DNA of 63,970 nucleotides, the filler included. It is 9 parts of 9 records of this genome, joined end to end, with 100 filler letters (N's around TTAATTAATTAA, not from the genome) between each part and the next. Parts side by side here need not be neighbours in the genome. Positions count along the whole stretch, not along the records: positions 46,121 to 51,794 come from SRR31147125_56378; positions 51,895 to 58,816 come from SRR31147125_56423; positions 58,917 to 63,970 come from SRR31147125_58309; 6 more parts are not named here. One strand, given 5' to 3'. Below are positions 49,388-59,531 of this stretch, piece after piece (the stretch's first letter is position 1; each line of letters opens with the position of its first letter). The notes beneath the pieces were generated by a model. It worked only from the letters and a program-made list of their open reading frames with translations, was not told where the DNA came from and searched no databases. Position numbers and translations under genes: made by a program.

Positions 49388-50158
49388 CTAGAGTGCCAGA
49401 TCCGTATTATCAGATATTTTCTTCCGTAATTTCAGGAATTCAAAACTCGCCATATCACGCGGTCTAGGAATATCCATTTCATATATCTCCTTTACACGTG
49501 CCGGGCATTCGGTTAGAAGGATTATCCTATCACCCAGAAACATTGCTTCTTCGATATTATTTGTGACAAAGACAACTGTCCTTTTGTCTTGTTCCCAAAC
49601 TCTTATTATCTCTTCCTGCATGCTGTATCTGGTCTGGGCATCAAGTTGTCCGAAAGGTTCATCCATAATGAGAATTTCCGGATCATTCGTATATGCACGC
49701 GCTATACCTACACGCTGTTTCATACCACCTGACAACTCATATGGAAGATGATTTTCAAAACCTTTCAATCCAACTAAATCAATATAGTATTTGGCTACAT
49801 CTCGCCGATCTTTTTTACTGACCCCTCGAATTTTAGGACCTACTTCAACATTTTCCAGAACAGATTTCCAGGGCATTAAACCCAATTTCTGAAATACCAT
49901 GCTGCATTTGTTCCCCAGATTCTCTGGAGTAAGTTTTTTTCCATCCAGAAAAATCTCACCTTTATCGGGTTTCATGAGATTCATGAGCATATTGAGCATC
50001 ACTGTCTTTCCACAATATCCTGGACCAAGAATAACCAGAAACTCATTTTCTCTTACAGAGAATGATACTGAATCTACTACTTGCTGAACTTCATTTTTAT
50101 TGCTGAATGACTTAGAAATATTATCTACTTCTAGTCTGATTCGATTCTGTATACCCAT
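49388..50158 (-). CDS. ABC transporter ATP-binding protein (nitrate/sulfonate/taurine type)
   Basis: GPGYCGKTV, LSGGMKQR, MDEPFGQLD; H-loop is VTNN. Confidence 0.9.
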   Translation of the reverse strand: MGIQNRIRLEVDNISKSFSNKNEVQQVVDSVSFSVRENEFLVILGPGYCGKTVMLNMLMNLMKPDKGEIFLDGKKLTPENLGNKCSMVFQKLGLMPWKSVLENVEVGPKIRGVSKKDRRDVAKYYIDLVGLKGFENHLPYELSGGMKQRVGIARAYTNDPEILIMDEPFGQLDAQTRYSMQEEIIRVWEQDKRTVVFVTNNIEEAMFLGDRIILLTECPARVKEIYEMDIPRPRDMASFEFLKLRKKISDNTDLAL

Positions 50159-50928
50159 GGGCATATTCTCCTTTCAAAATACTCAATGATCCCGGAAAGT
50201 AATGCTCCAACGACACCTATAGCAATTATGCCATCAAAAATAAGTGCCGGATCATAAAATTCCATAGCCCGCTGGACCAGAAAACCTACTCCCTGTTTAG
50301 CTCCGATCATCTCAGCTGCAAGCACTACACCCCAACCAGCTCCTACCGCGTTACGCAGACCTGCAAGAATATTGGGCAATGCAGAAGGAATAGCTATCTC
50401 AACAAGTAATTGCCGATTGGTAGCCCGGTAGGATCTTCCAACATCAATAAGATTCTTATCGACCATACGAACACCTGTATATGTGTTAATAACGATCGGC
50501 ATAAGTGTTCCATAAAAAACAATGAGAATTTTGGGAAATTCACCGATCCCAAACCACATTACTACAAGTGGAAGCCAGGCAATGGGAGGAATAGGACGAA
50601 TCAATTCAAATAGTGTTCCGACTGTACTTCTTAGAATTTTACTCCAGCCAATCATAATTCCTAAAGCCAATCCAATAATTGTTGAAAAAAACAAAGCAAT
50701 AATAACTCGTTTCAGACTGACCCAAACATGACCGATAATATTGAGCCCATTAATGGGCTTATGAAATAAAAGAATCATTCTATTCCATACAGAAATTGGA
50801 GAAGGGACTACCTCTTCATTAACAGAAGAGAAAAAGAACCAAATGCCTATAAACGCAATTATGGAAATAAAAGGCAGCATGCCCAGTATGATAGATTTAA
50901 CGGATGTTTTCTGGAGTTCTTTTCCCAT
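50131..50928 (-). CDS. ABC transporter permease (SsuC/TauC type)
   Basis: RPIPPIAWLPL, VLAAEMIGA. TAATG overlap with the upstream permease. Confidence 0.9.
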   Translation of the reverse strand: MGKELQKTSVKSIILGMLPFISIIAFIGIWFFFSSVNEEVVPSPISVWNRMILLFHKPINGLNIIGHVWVSLKRVIIALFFSTIIGLALGIMIGWSKILRSTVGTLFELIRPIPPIAWLPLVVMWFGIGEFPKILIVFYGTLMPIVINTYTGVRMVDKNLIDVGRSYRATNRQLLVEIAIPSALPNILAGLRNAVGAGWGVVLAAEMIGAKQGVGFLVQRAMEFYDPALIFDGIIAIGVVGALLSGIIEYFERRICPWVYRIESD

Positions 50929-51719
50929 TACAGCATCCTCCATTTGATAACCACTTTCTCCAGTTTTGAGAATCCATAGGTAAACAGGAATCCCAATATA
51001 CCTATTGTAACCATACCTAGCAGCATAATATCAGGTCTTTGGAACTGTCTTCCCATGGTAATCATATAGCCTAGTCCCGCATTAGCTGCCAGAAGCTCAG
51101 CGGCTACAAGAGTTGCCCATGCATTACCCAATGCTATTCGCATCCCTGCAAATATCATAGGAGATGAAGAGGGAACCCCTATGCGCAAAAAGGTTTCAAA
51201 ATTACTGGTACCAAATGTTTTTGCCAGATTTATCAAAACCTGGCTTGTCTGTTTAATACCTGTTTGAGAATTAAGTACGCATGGAACAAAAGCTGAAAAG
51301 AAAATTATCATTATTTTGGCTGAATCACCCACTCCAATCCATAATATTGTCAATGGTATCCAGGCAATCGCGGGTATAGGTCTTAACATTTCAAATATGG
51401 GTTTAACAATTCTTTCGACGGGTTTATACCAACCCATAAGCAATCCCAAAGGTGTTCCCAATCCAACACCCAGCAGTAGTCCGGCTACCGAGATTTTCAA
51501 ACTAATCAGTATATTCCATTGAAGGGTTGCTCCATCAGGTCTTGTATTGGTTAGTTTATCAATAAATATATAGAATACAGTACTCGGGGAGGCAAGTTTT
51601 CTTGAAGAAAGCCAACCTAAATCTACAGCCATTTGCCAGACAAACAGAAATAGTAAAACAACAATAAACGGCAGTAAAGTATGAACCAGATTGGCTGTTT
51701 TCACTTTATTGTTCTTCAT
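50928..51719 (-). CDS. ABC transporter permease (SsuC/TauC type)
   Basis: RPIPAIAWIPL, LVAAELL..GLGY; GAGGAG RBS. Confidence 0.9.
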   Translation of the reverse strand: MKNNKVKTANLVHTLLPFIVVLLFLFVWQMAVDLGWLSSRKLASPSTVFYIFIDKLTNTRPDGATLQWNILISLKISVAGLLLGVGLGTPLGLLMGWYKPVERIVKPIFEMLRPIPAIAWIPLTILWIGVGDSAKIMIIFFSAFVPCVLNSQTGIKQTSQVLINLAKTFGTSNFETFLRIGVPSSSPMIFAGMRIALGNAWATLVAAELLAANAGLGYMITMGRQFQRPDIMLLGMVTIGILGFLFTYGFSKLEKVVIKWRML

Positions 51720-51794
51720 ACTCATCTCCTCAAAAAAATAGAGTAGTCGGGCTGAATACAGCCCAACTACCATTATAATAGTAATTAATATTTT

Positions 51795-51894
51795 NNNNNN
51801 NNNNNNNNNNNNNNNNNNNNNNNNNNNNNNNNNNNNNNTTAATTAATTAANNNNNNNNNNNNNNNNNNNNNNNNNNNNNNNNNNNNNNNNNNNN
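51795..51894. other. Artificial contig spacer
   Basis: N44-TTAATTAATTAA-N44. Confidence 0.98.
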
Positions 51895-51895
51895 G

Positions 51896-53692
51896 CTGAA
51901 ACAGATCAATGAGATCACATCAGCACTGACTGACATTCCCACCCTTTTTCCCATTGAATTTACCCGGGATTCATCCGAGTTTAACAAGTTGTGGGACGTT
52001 CGTAAAGGACTTTTTCCTTCTGTGAGTGCTGACAGAGATGCTGGCACAACAGTTCTTATCGAAGATGTTGCATTTCCAGTTTCACAACTTGCCGAAGCAA
52101 CACTTGATTTGCAATCGCTATTTAAGAAACACGGTTACAAAGATGCCATAATCTGGGGGCATGCTCTGGAAGGAAATCTACACTTTGTGCTGAAACAAAA
52201 CTTTAATGTGCCAGATGAAATTACGCGTTATGAGAATTTTATTCAAGATCTCACGCACATGGTCGTGAAAAAATATGATGGTTCTCTCAAGGCAGAACAT
52301 GGCACAGGCCGTAATATGGCCCCGTTTGTCAAGTATGAATGGGGAAAAGAAGCCTATGAAATAATGCAGGACATAAAGGCGATTTTCGATCCGAATTCTC
52401 TTTTAAATCCGGGTGTTATTTTAAACCAGGATAAAAAAATACACCTCAAAAACCTAAAGCCCTTACCAGTAGCTCATGCATTGGTGGACAAGTGTATCGA
52501 GTGCGGCTTTTGTGAGGTTCATTGTGTTTCAAATCATTTGACGTTATCTGCCAGACAGAGAATTGTGGTTTACCGGGAGATTGCATGGCTGAAAGCCACA
52601 GGTACAGAGCCACATCGACTGGCACAACTATTAAATTCCTATGATTATTATGGCAATCAAACCTGCGCAACCGATGGATTGTGCGCGCTCGGATGTCCGG
52701 TCGACATTGATACTGGTCAACTCATCAAAGAGCTGCGTCATGAGACCATTTCACCCGGGGCCAACCGGATAGCAGGCTGGATCGCAAAAAATCTTGATAA
52801 AGTCACCGCAATGGCTCGAGTCGGTTTAAATGTAGTAGATGGTGTCCGTTCTATCCTTGGTTCTTCTTTATTGCTGAAAATTGCAAAGGGAATGCGAAAG
52901 CTGTCAGGCAATAGAATTCCTCTTTACACGCCATTAATGCCCAAAGGCGCAAAACGAATAACGAATGTGGCTGTCAATCATAATCCATCGCCAAAAGTTG
53001 TCTATTTCCCGTCTTGTATCACGCGCTCCATGGGCGTTTCAAAGGATTATTACAAAGAAATGGATCTCACCCGAAAAACAGCAGAACTGTTACATAAAGC
53101 AGGATATGAAATTCTTTACCCGGACAACATGAACAATCTGTGCTGTGGTATGGCTTTTTCCAGTAAGGGCTTTAAAGAAACAGGGGATGAAAAAGCAAAA
53201 GAATTAAATGAGGCATTGTTAAAGATAACGAATCAGGGTGAGATACCCGTGCTATGCGATATGAATCCCTGTTTGTACAGGATGAAAGAGACGCTCGATG
53301 AACGACTTGATCTTTATGAACCGATCGAATTTAGCCTCGAGTTTTTAACGACACGTTTAAAGTTTGAAAAAAAGGCGGAAACCATTGCCATTCATTCTGT
53401 TTGTAGTGCCAAAAAGATGGGCCTGGAGGAAAAGTTTCTGCAACTGGCTAACATGTGCGCGGAGAATGTGGTGGTAACAGAAGCCAATTGCTGTGGATTT
53501 GCCGGTGACAGGGGATTTAGTTTTCCTGAGTTAAATGAACATGGTCTGAGACATCTCAAAGAGCAAATACCAGAAAGTTGTCAACAAGGATATTCAACTA
53601 GTCGAACGTGTGAGATTGGTATTTCTCAATATAGCGGGATCACGTATAAATCGATATTGTATTTGGTGGATGAGTGTACACGACCGCTTTGA
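51896..53692 (+). CDS. FAD-binding Fe-S oxidoreductase (D-lactate dehydrogenase-like), 5'-partial
   Basis: GHALEGNLH, GSLKAEHGTGRNMA, CIECGFC, CATDGLC..CP, CCG domains. Frame is open to the contig start. Confidence 0.88.
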   Translation: MKQINEITSALTDIPTLFPIEFTRDSSEFNKLWDVRKGLFPSVSADRDAGTTVLIEDVAFPVSQLAEATLDLQSLFKKHGYKDAIIWGHALEGNLHFVLKQNFNVPDEITRYENFIQDLTHMVVKKYDGSLKAEHGTGRNMAPFVKYEWGKEAYEIMQDIKAIFDPNSLLNPGVILNQDKKIHLKNLKPLPVAHALVDKCIECGFCEVHCVSNHLTLSARQRIVVYREIAWLKATGTEPHRLAQLLNSYDYYGNQTCATDGLCALGCPVDIDTGQLIKELRHETISPGANRIAGWIAKNLDKVTAMARVGLNVVDGVRSILGSSLLLKIAKGMRKLSGNRIPLYTPLMPKGAKRITNVAVNHNPSPKVVYFPSCITRSMGVSKDYYKEMDLTRKTAELLHKAGYEILYPDNMNNLCCGMAFSSKGFKETGDEKAKELNEALLKITNQGEIPVLCDMNPCLYRMKETLDERLDLYEPIEFSLEFLTTRLKFEKKAETIAIHSVCSAKKMGLEEKFLQLANMCAENVVVTEANCCGFAGDRGFSFPELNEHGLRHLKEQIPESCQQGYSTSRTCEIGISQYSGITYKSILYLVDECTRPL

Positions 53693-53959
53693 ACAGTCTG
53701 GATTTTGTAACCTTTGAGCTGTCCTTCATGCAATAATTAGAGTATAATATTGATGTTTCTATTTTACTTTTAAGATGTCATATCGGATCATTCTTTTTTG
53801 TATGTTTGTATACACTCACCATCAACTTAATCTGCTTTCATCTTTACAAAAAAAATATATTTAAATTTGCAACTTTTGTAAAAACTGGTATATTGAATTT
53901 ATATTCTCTCCCTGACTGATATAACCGTATCATCCAACCTCTATTTCAGGAATAAGCCA

Positions 53960-54733
53960 ATGAAAAGTTTGAAAAATCGTATTTTAAACGGTGAAGCATT
54001 ATTTGGCTGTTGGTTAAACCTGGGATCCTCTATCTCCGCAGAAATGATAGGCCTGGCTGGCTTTGATTGGGTGCTTGTTGATTTTGAACATGGTTCGGGT
54101 ACGGAAAAAGATGTCCTTTTACAATTGCAGGCATTAGAGCATACAAATGCTGTACCGATTGTAAGAGTAGAGTCCTTTGAACGTCAAAGAATTCACCGAA
54201 TGCTGGATTTTGGTGCCAATGGTGTCATGGTTCCCAGAATTGATACACCAGATGAAGCACAATTGGCGGCAAAAGCGCTGCAATACCAACCCGATGGTTT
54301 GCGTGGAGTGGCTAAAATGGTGCGTGCCACCCGGTTTGGTAACAATTTTGATGCCTATTTTGAAAAGAGTAAAACCGATCTTGTTGGGATCATTCAGATT
54401 GAAACAGAATCCTCTCTGAATTATCTTGAAGAGATCGCCAGCGTGGATGGCGTGGATGTTCTTTTTATTGGACCAATGGATTTATCAACAGCGCTGGGAA
54501 TCACAGGTGATTGGGACCATCCTTCATATATTGAGGCCATAACAGCAACAGCAAAAGCGGCAAAAAAAGCGGGTAAATCGGCCGGGATTTTATTACCCAA
54601 TCCAAGCGAGTTTTCGAAATATTATGACCTTGGATATCGGTTTATTGCCGCCGGATCTGATATTGGCTTTATCAGCACTGGAGCCCGAAATATGGTTCAA
54701 ACGTTGACGGATCAAAAGAAGGCCTGCAATTAA
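53960..54733 (+). CDS. HpcH/HpaI (GarL-like) aldolase
   Basis: GFDWVLVDFEH, QIET, LFIGPMDLS. Confidence 0.9.
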   Translation: MKSLKNRILNGEALFGCWLNLGSSISAEMIGLAGFDWVLVDFEHGSGTEKDVLLQLQALEHTNAVPIVRVESFERQRIHRMLDFGANGVMVPRIDTPDEAQLAAKALQYQPDGLRGVAKMVRATRFGNNFDAYFEKSKTDLVGIIQIETESSLNYLEEIASVDGVDVLFIGPMDLSTALGITGDWDHPSYIEAITATAKAAKKAGKSAGILLPNPSEFSKYYDLGYRFIAAGSDIGFISTGARNMVQTLTDQKKACN

Positions 54734-54875
54734 AAAAATAATAATGAATTCATTACCCTCAAAGACAGCTAATGCGCACTGTACTTGAAAACATTATGTT
54801 TTTCGTTCGTATCGTTTGTTTGAGAAATTTTAAACAATTGGCATACGTAATGATAAATAACAAGGGGTAAAACCT

Positions 54876-55754
54876 ATGGAAAAAGTTGGTTTTATTGGCA
54901 TTGGAATTATGGGCAAACCCATGTCTGTAAATCTGATTAAGGCAGGCTATGACCTTGTTGTAACGGACATCAACAAAAAAGCGGTCAATGAGCTTGTTGC
55001 CGAAGATGCTCAAAGTGCGGACACCGCGAGAGAAGTGGCAGAACAATCCGATATTGTTTTCACCATGCTGCCAGACACTCCTGATGTTGAAGATGTCGTA
55101 TTCGGTCCCAATGGAGTGATTGAAGGAATTAGACCGGGCATGTTATTCATCGACATGTCAACCATAGCACCGCTAACGTCAAAAAAGATTCATGAAAAAC
55201 TTGTGCAAAAACAGGTTGATGCACTGGATGCACCGGTCTCTGGTGGTGAGGTTGGCGCAATTAATGGCACACTCTCGATTATGGTGGGTGGTTCCGAATC
55301 TGCATTCCTGAGGGCGATGCCGCTGTTTGAAATTATGGGTAAAAATATCGTCTTGATTGGCGAGGCTGGAGCAGGACAGGTCACCAAGGCAAGTAACCAG
55401 ATCATTGTGGGAATGACGATTCAGGCGGTTGCAGAAGCCATGACTCTGGCGAAAAAGGCCGGTGTCGATATCGTCAAAGTGCGGGAAGCGTTGCTCGGAG
55501 GTTTTGCTCAAAGCCGGATTCTGGATCTGCATGGTCAACGGATTATCGATGAAAACTATCAACCCGGGTTCCGAATCAAATTACATCGAAAAGATATGAA
55601 TATTGCTCTTCAAACAGGTCGGGAACTCTCCGTTCCTCTGCCAGGATCTGCCCTGATCGCATCGCAAATGGACGCTATTCTTGCACGTGGTGATGGCGAG
55701 TTGGATCATTCGGCTCTCGCTCTCTTTCTGGGACAACTTGCTGGTATCGAATAG
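54876..55754 (+). CDS. garR: 2-hydroxy-3-oxopropionate (tartronate semialdehyde) reductase
   Basis: GFIGIGIMGKPM, DAPVSGGEVGA, GQVTKASNQ, PGFRIKLHRKD. Confidence 0.85.
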   Translation: MEKVGFIGIGIMGKPMSVNLIKAGYDLVVTDINKKAVNELVAEDAQSADTAREVAEQSDIVFTMLPDTPDVEDVVFGPNGVIEGIRPGMLFIDMSTIAPLTSKKIHEKLVQKQVDALDAPVSGGEVGAINGTLSIMVGGSESAFLRAMPLFEIMGKNIVLIGEAGAGQVTKASNQIIVGMTIQAVAEAMTLAKKAGVDIVKVREALLGGFAQSRILDLHGQRIIDENYQPGFRIKLHRKDMNIALQTGRELSVPLPGSALIASQMDAILARGDGELDHSALALFLGQLAGIE

Positions 55755-55938
55755 TCCTGGTGAGAGAAAAAATATGACATAATGAATTATTTAACACTGA
55801 CGAAACACATGGATTATTACAAACAAAAAGGTAATGGTCAAGAGAGCATAATTTATTTTATTAATATAAGTTCTATTACATTTCCCCAATAGTTGCTTGA
55901 TTTCACTGATTTCTTTCTAATTCTGAAAGGAGGATTAT

Positions 55939-57168
55939 GTGAAGATAAGTAATGTTGAAGCGTTCCTCATGTCTTATGCCATGCCGGAACCGATAAAGTT
56001 GCCGTTTTATGGTGGTGAAAGAACCATTCTGAAACGGGATGCCATGCTCATCCGAGTCACTTCCGATAATGGCTTGCAAGGCTATGCACCCGGTCCAGCT
56101 CATGTCCCTGCTCAAAACGATATCAATGGAAAAATACGATCACTGATTATAGGCAGAAAACCTGCTGATATTTTTAAAGATCCTCCCGCCTTTGATCCCC
56201 AAACTCGAAAAAATTATGATGCTGTTGAATTTGCACTATTGGATTTAGTCGCCAAGTTTGAAGGAGTTCCTCTTTCCAGATTTTTGGGTGGTCGACAAAG
56301 GGGTCGCATTAAAGTCTATGGTAGTGCAGGTATGTACATGAGTCCGGAAGGGTACGCAGAAGAAGCTGCGGCGATTGCCGATATGGGATTTCCCGCCTAT
56401 AAAATGCGGCCAGCTCTGGGCCCTGATGGCGACCTGAAAACTGTTGAGTTGATGCGGAATGCCGTTGGTCCGAATATAGGCCTCATGATCGATGCCCATG
56501 CCTGGTGGCGTATGGGAGATAATAACTATTCCTACGAAACAGTTCTTCAATTGGCTAAAGAAATGGCCTCATACTCCCCTGATTGGCTGGAAGAACCCCT
56601 GCCTCCGGACGATCATGATGTGTACAGAGCATTGACGAAACAGAACATCATCCCCATCGCTTCCGGTGAACATGAACAAACAGATGCCGGATTTATGGAC
56701 CTGATCGAAACAAAGGCGGTCAATTATGTTCAAATGGATGCTTTTTGCCAGGGAGGTTTAAAATCAGCTAAAAAGATTTTTACAGGTGTTCAGAATCACG
56801 GATTAAAATTCGCCTATCATAGCTGGGGCACTACCCTTGAAGTCCTTGTTGCTGCGCATCTCGGTATCTGCTGGCCAAAAGAAGTGGTCGAGTGGTTGGA
56901 ATATCCATGTTATTCCAATTTTGGCAAGCCTGGTATGTATCCCTTTCCACTTGCTGAAGAGATTCTCAAAGATTCACTCACAATCGAAAATGGTCATATA
57001 ATTGCCCCTGATTTACCGGGTATCGGTATCGACGTGGATGAAACCGTTATTGAAAAGTATCCGTTTTTACCTGGCCCCTGGTCCATCTTTAAAATTGATT
57101 CGCCTCCGGAAACGATTGCGGTAACCGGAGATCACAGTATCAAATGGATTGACGGAAAGGAATCGTAA
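55939..57168 (+). CDS. Mandelate racemase/muconate lactonizing (enolase superfamily) protein; likely acid-sugar dehydratase
   Basis: YKMR, LMIDAH, WLEEP, ASGE motifs. Confidence 0.85.
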   Translation: MKISNVEAFLMSYAMPEPIKLPFYGGERTILKRDAMLIRVTSDNGLQGYAPGPAHVPAQNDINGKIRSLIIGRKPADIFKDPPAFDPQTRKNYDAVEFALLDLVAKFEGVPLSRFLGGRQRGRIKVYGSAGMYMSPEGYAEEAAAIADMGFPAYKMRPALGPDGDLKTVELMRNAVGPNIGLMIDAHAWWRMGDNNYSYETVLQLAKEMASYSPDWLEEPLPPDDHDVYRALTKQNIIPIASGEHEQTDAGFMDLIETKAVNYVQMDAFCQGGLKSAKKIFTGVQNHGLKFAYHSWGTTLEVLVAAHLGICWPKEVVEWLEYPCYSNFGKPGMYPFPLAEEILKDSLTIENGHIIAPDLPGIGIDVDETVIEKYPFLPGPWSIFKIDSPPETIAVTGDHSIKWIDGKES

Positions 57169-58610
57169 TGGATCCTTTAATACTCCTGCTTGTTGGAATG
57201 CTGATTGTTTTAGGGGGCATTTTATTACTGAAATTGCATCCTTTTCTGGCTTTGCTGCTGGGTGCGCTTATTGTTGGCGGAATGACGCCGCAAGCCAATC
57301 TGGAAAAGTATGCTCAATCCAAGAACTTTTCGCCAACTGAAACTCAAACTCTTGTACAACAATCTCTGGGCCGAAAAGTGGCTGGTGAATTTGGACGAAC
57401 CTGTGGCAAGATCGGAATTTTGATTGCGCTGGCTGCACTTATCGGAAAATGTTTGCTGGATAGTGGCGCTGCTGAACGAATTGTTCGTTCAGCATTAAAA
57501 TTATTTGGGGAAAAGCACTCTCCTCTCTCATTCTTATCAAGTGGATTTCTATTGGCCACACCTGTTTATTTCGATACCGTTTTCTATTTAATGATTCCAC
57601 TGGCAAAAGCCATGGGCATGAGAACGAAAAAAAATTATGCTCTTTATGTTATGGCGATTATTGCCGGTGGCACAATGGCCCACTCTCTGGTACCACCAAC
57701 ACCCGGACCCTTGTTTGTTGCCGGTGAATTGGGAGTGAGCATCGGTCTCATGATGTTGGGTGGTCTGATCGTAGGCATTTTCACATCAGGAGCCGGCTAT
57801 TTATATGGATTATGGGCAAACCGAAAATGGCCTGTTGCTGTACGGGAAACAGCCGACGTCTCGCTGGATGAATTGCAGCAGCTATCGGAAAAAGAGTCGA
57901 CAGATCTGCCACCATTGTGGTTGTCATTGCTGCCAATCGTTCTGCCCGTCTTTCTGATTGCCGGGGATACCATTTTTTCCACTGCCTGGCAAAATCTGTC
58001 CCCGGATGCTCTTTTGTTTTATCAAAAAGGTATTATTATTATCTTCAATAAAGCGGGTGATCCAAATATCGCTTTGGCGATCTCTGCGGCTATTGGATTA
58101 ATGCTGCTTCTGCGAGTGAACAGGGGAGATAAACAAAAAATGGTTCAGGCTGTTCAGAGTGCACTTTCAAGTGGAGGGATCATTATCCTGATTACGGCCG
58201 CTGGAGGCGCCTTTGGAGCCATTTTGCAACAAACAGGAATTGGTCCGAGGATTCAGGATCTTTCTTCCACTTATCACATTTTTACCTTGCCTCTCGCATT
58301 TGTTGTCACAGCACTGGTACGAACAGCGCAGGGATCAGCAACGGTTGCCATGATTACGGCTGTCGGCATTTTGGGCGGACTCGCTTCTACCGGTTCGCTT
58401 GGTTTTCATCCACTTTACCTTGCCCTGGTCATCGGTTGCGGATCAAAACCGTTTCCATGGATGAATGATAGTGGATTTTGGATCATCTGTAAAATGAGCG
58501 GATTTACAGAAGCTGAAAACATAAAATATTTTTCAATTACCTTGACCATAATGGGAATCGTTGGATTAATTGTCGTTTCAATTTTAGCCAAACTATTTCC
58601 ATTGGTATAA
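57168..58610 (+). CDS. GntP-family permease
   Basis: HSLVPPTPGP, RTAQGSATVA, WMNDSGFW. Confidence 0.9.
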   Translation: MDPLILLLVGMLIVLGGILLLKLHPFLALLLGALIVGGMTPQANLEKYAQSKNFSPTETQTLVQQSLGRKVAGEFGRTCGKIGILIALAALIGKCLLDSGAAERIVRSALKLFGEKHSPLSFLSSGFLLATPVYFDTVFYLMIPLAKAMGMRTKKNYALYVMAIIAGGTMAHSLVPPTPGPLFVAGELGVSIGLMMLGGLIVGIFTSGAGYLYGLWANRKWPVAVRETADVSLDELQQLSEKESTDLPPLWLSLLPIVLPVFLIAGDTIFSTAWQNLSPDALLFYQKGIIIIFNKAGDPNIALAISAAIGLMLLLRVNRGDKQKMVQAVQSALSSGGIIILITAAGGAFGAILQQTGIGPRIQDLSSTYHIFTLPLAFVVTALVRTAQGSATVAMITAVGILGGLASTGSLGFHPLYLALVIGCGSKPFPWMNDSGFWIICKMSGFTEAENIKYFSITLTIMGIVGLIVVSILAKLFPLV

Positions 58611-58816
58611 GGAAAAAAGCGGATATAATTCTCAGGTCAAACTTGTTATAATAAATTGGATTCATGCATGTATGAACGCAACAGTGATAGATATATGAAT
58701 GAAGGATATTTGTTTGCTTTGGTTGTCAGGGCCGGATTTTGGATTGTTTATTTTTTCAGAATGACAAATGGCCCTTTAAGGAAAAGGGGTGTCATTCCCG
58801 AGTGTTCGTATCGGGA

Positions 58817-58916
58817 NNNNNNNNNNNNNNNNNNNNNNNNNNNNNNNNNNNNNNNNNNNNTTAATTAATTAANNNNNNNNNNNNNNNNNNNNNNNNNNNN
58901 NNNNNNNNNNNNNNNN
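58817..58916. other. Artificial contig spacer
   Basis: N44-TTAATTAATTAA-N44. Confidence 0.98.
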
Positions 58917-59531
58917 AAAAAAATTAACCGCTTTCCGTTTTGAAATGCCGTGCGCGCAGGTGGCTTTGCCGCTGAGCGTTGGAGGCTTCTGAGCCCTGTA
59001 TGCGGCATTGTATCGATGGATTTGCACCCCGGTTACTTAGGCAGGCAAGGAACGACACTGAACGCTCCCTGAATGAATGCACAGTAATCGGCTACATGAC
59101 AGGATCCACCACCGGGATGCAGAACAGAGCTATTGAGACCCGCCTTATTTCGACCTGTAACGGGGGCGAACACCGCCTCTGGGCAGGCATTCACAAACAG
59201 CTGTTCCACTGCAGGATAGGGGAAAAGGCCCGAATATCACCCCGATTAAGAATAGACAAAACAAACCCATTCATGGAACGTCTTTATGAATTTAGCGACC
59301 ATTCATACCGGATAGCCACGCCTTATGCTCCAATGATTCATGCAATTACCAACCTACCTGGAAAGAGATTAAAATCATGGCACCGTAAACATTTACAGTT
59401 CCGAATGCGTCTCTATTAGAGAGCTGCCTGGAAAGAATAAGGGCACCAATGTGAGGGACCGCTGCCTGCGGCCGAAGCAGGATACCGTATGGTCGACTCA
59501 CTCTTCTCACAACCAATAGGAGGACAAGGTT

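Noticed and set aside
58759-58816. GTCATTCCCG...CGGGA REP-like palindrome at the end of contig H
   Set aside because: Truncated by the contig end and present once; it probably caused the assembly break but cannot be supported as a feature.
14096-58916. Eight regularly recurring TTAATTAATTAA elements flanked by N runs, as a repeat family or CRISPR
   Set aside because: Identical 100-nt artificial spacers with six-frame stops; gene content and composition change at each. No link across spacers can be inferred.
58979-59419. 146-aa ORF, or a structured RNA/riboswitch, upstream of the liv-type operon
   Set aside because: TTG start with no clear RBS or protein motif. I found no recognisable riboswitch, T-box or sigma54 consensus, only a 10-nt repeat (CCTGGAAAGA) twice. 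An Rfam/Infernal scan would be needed.
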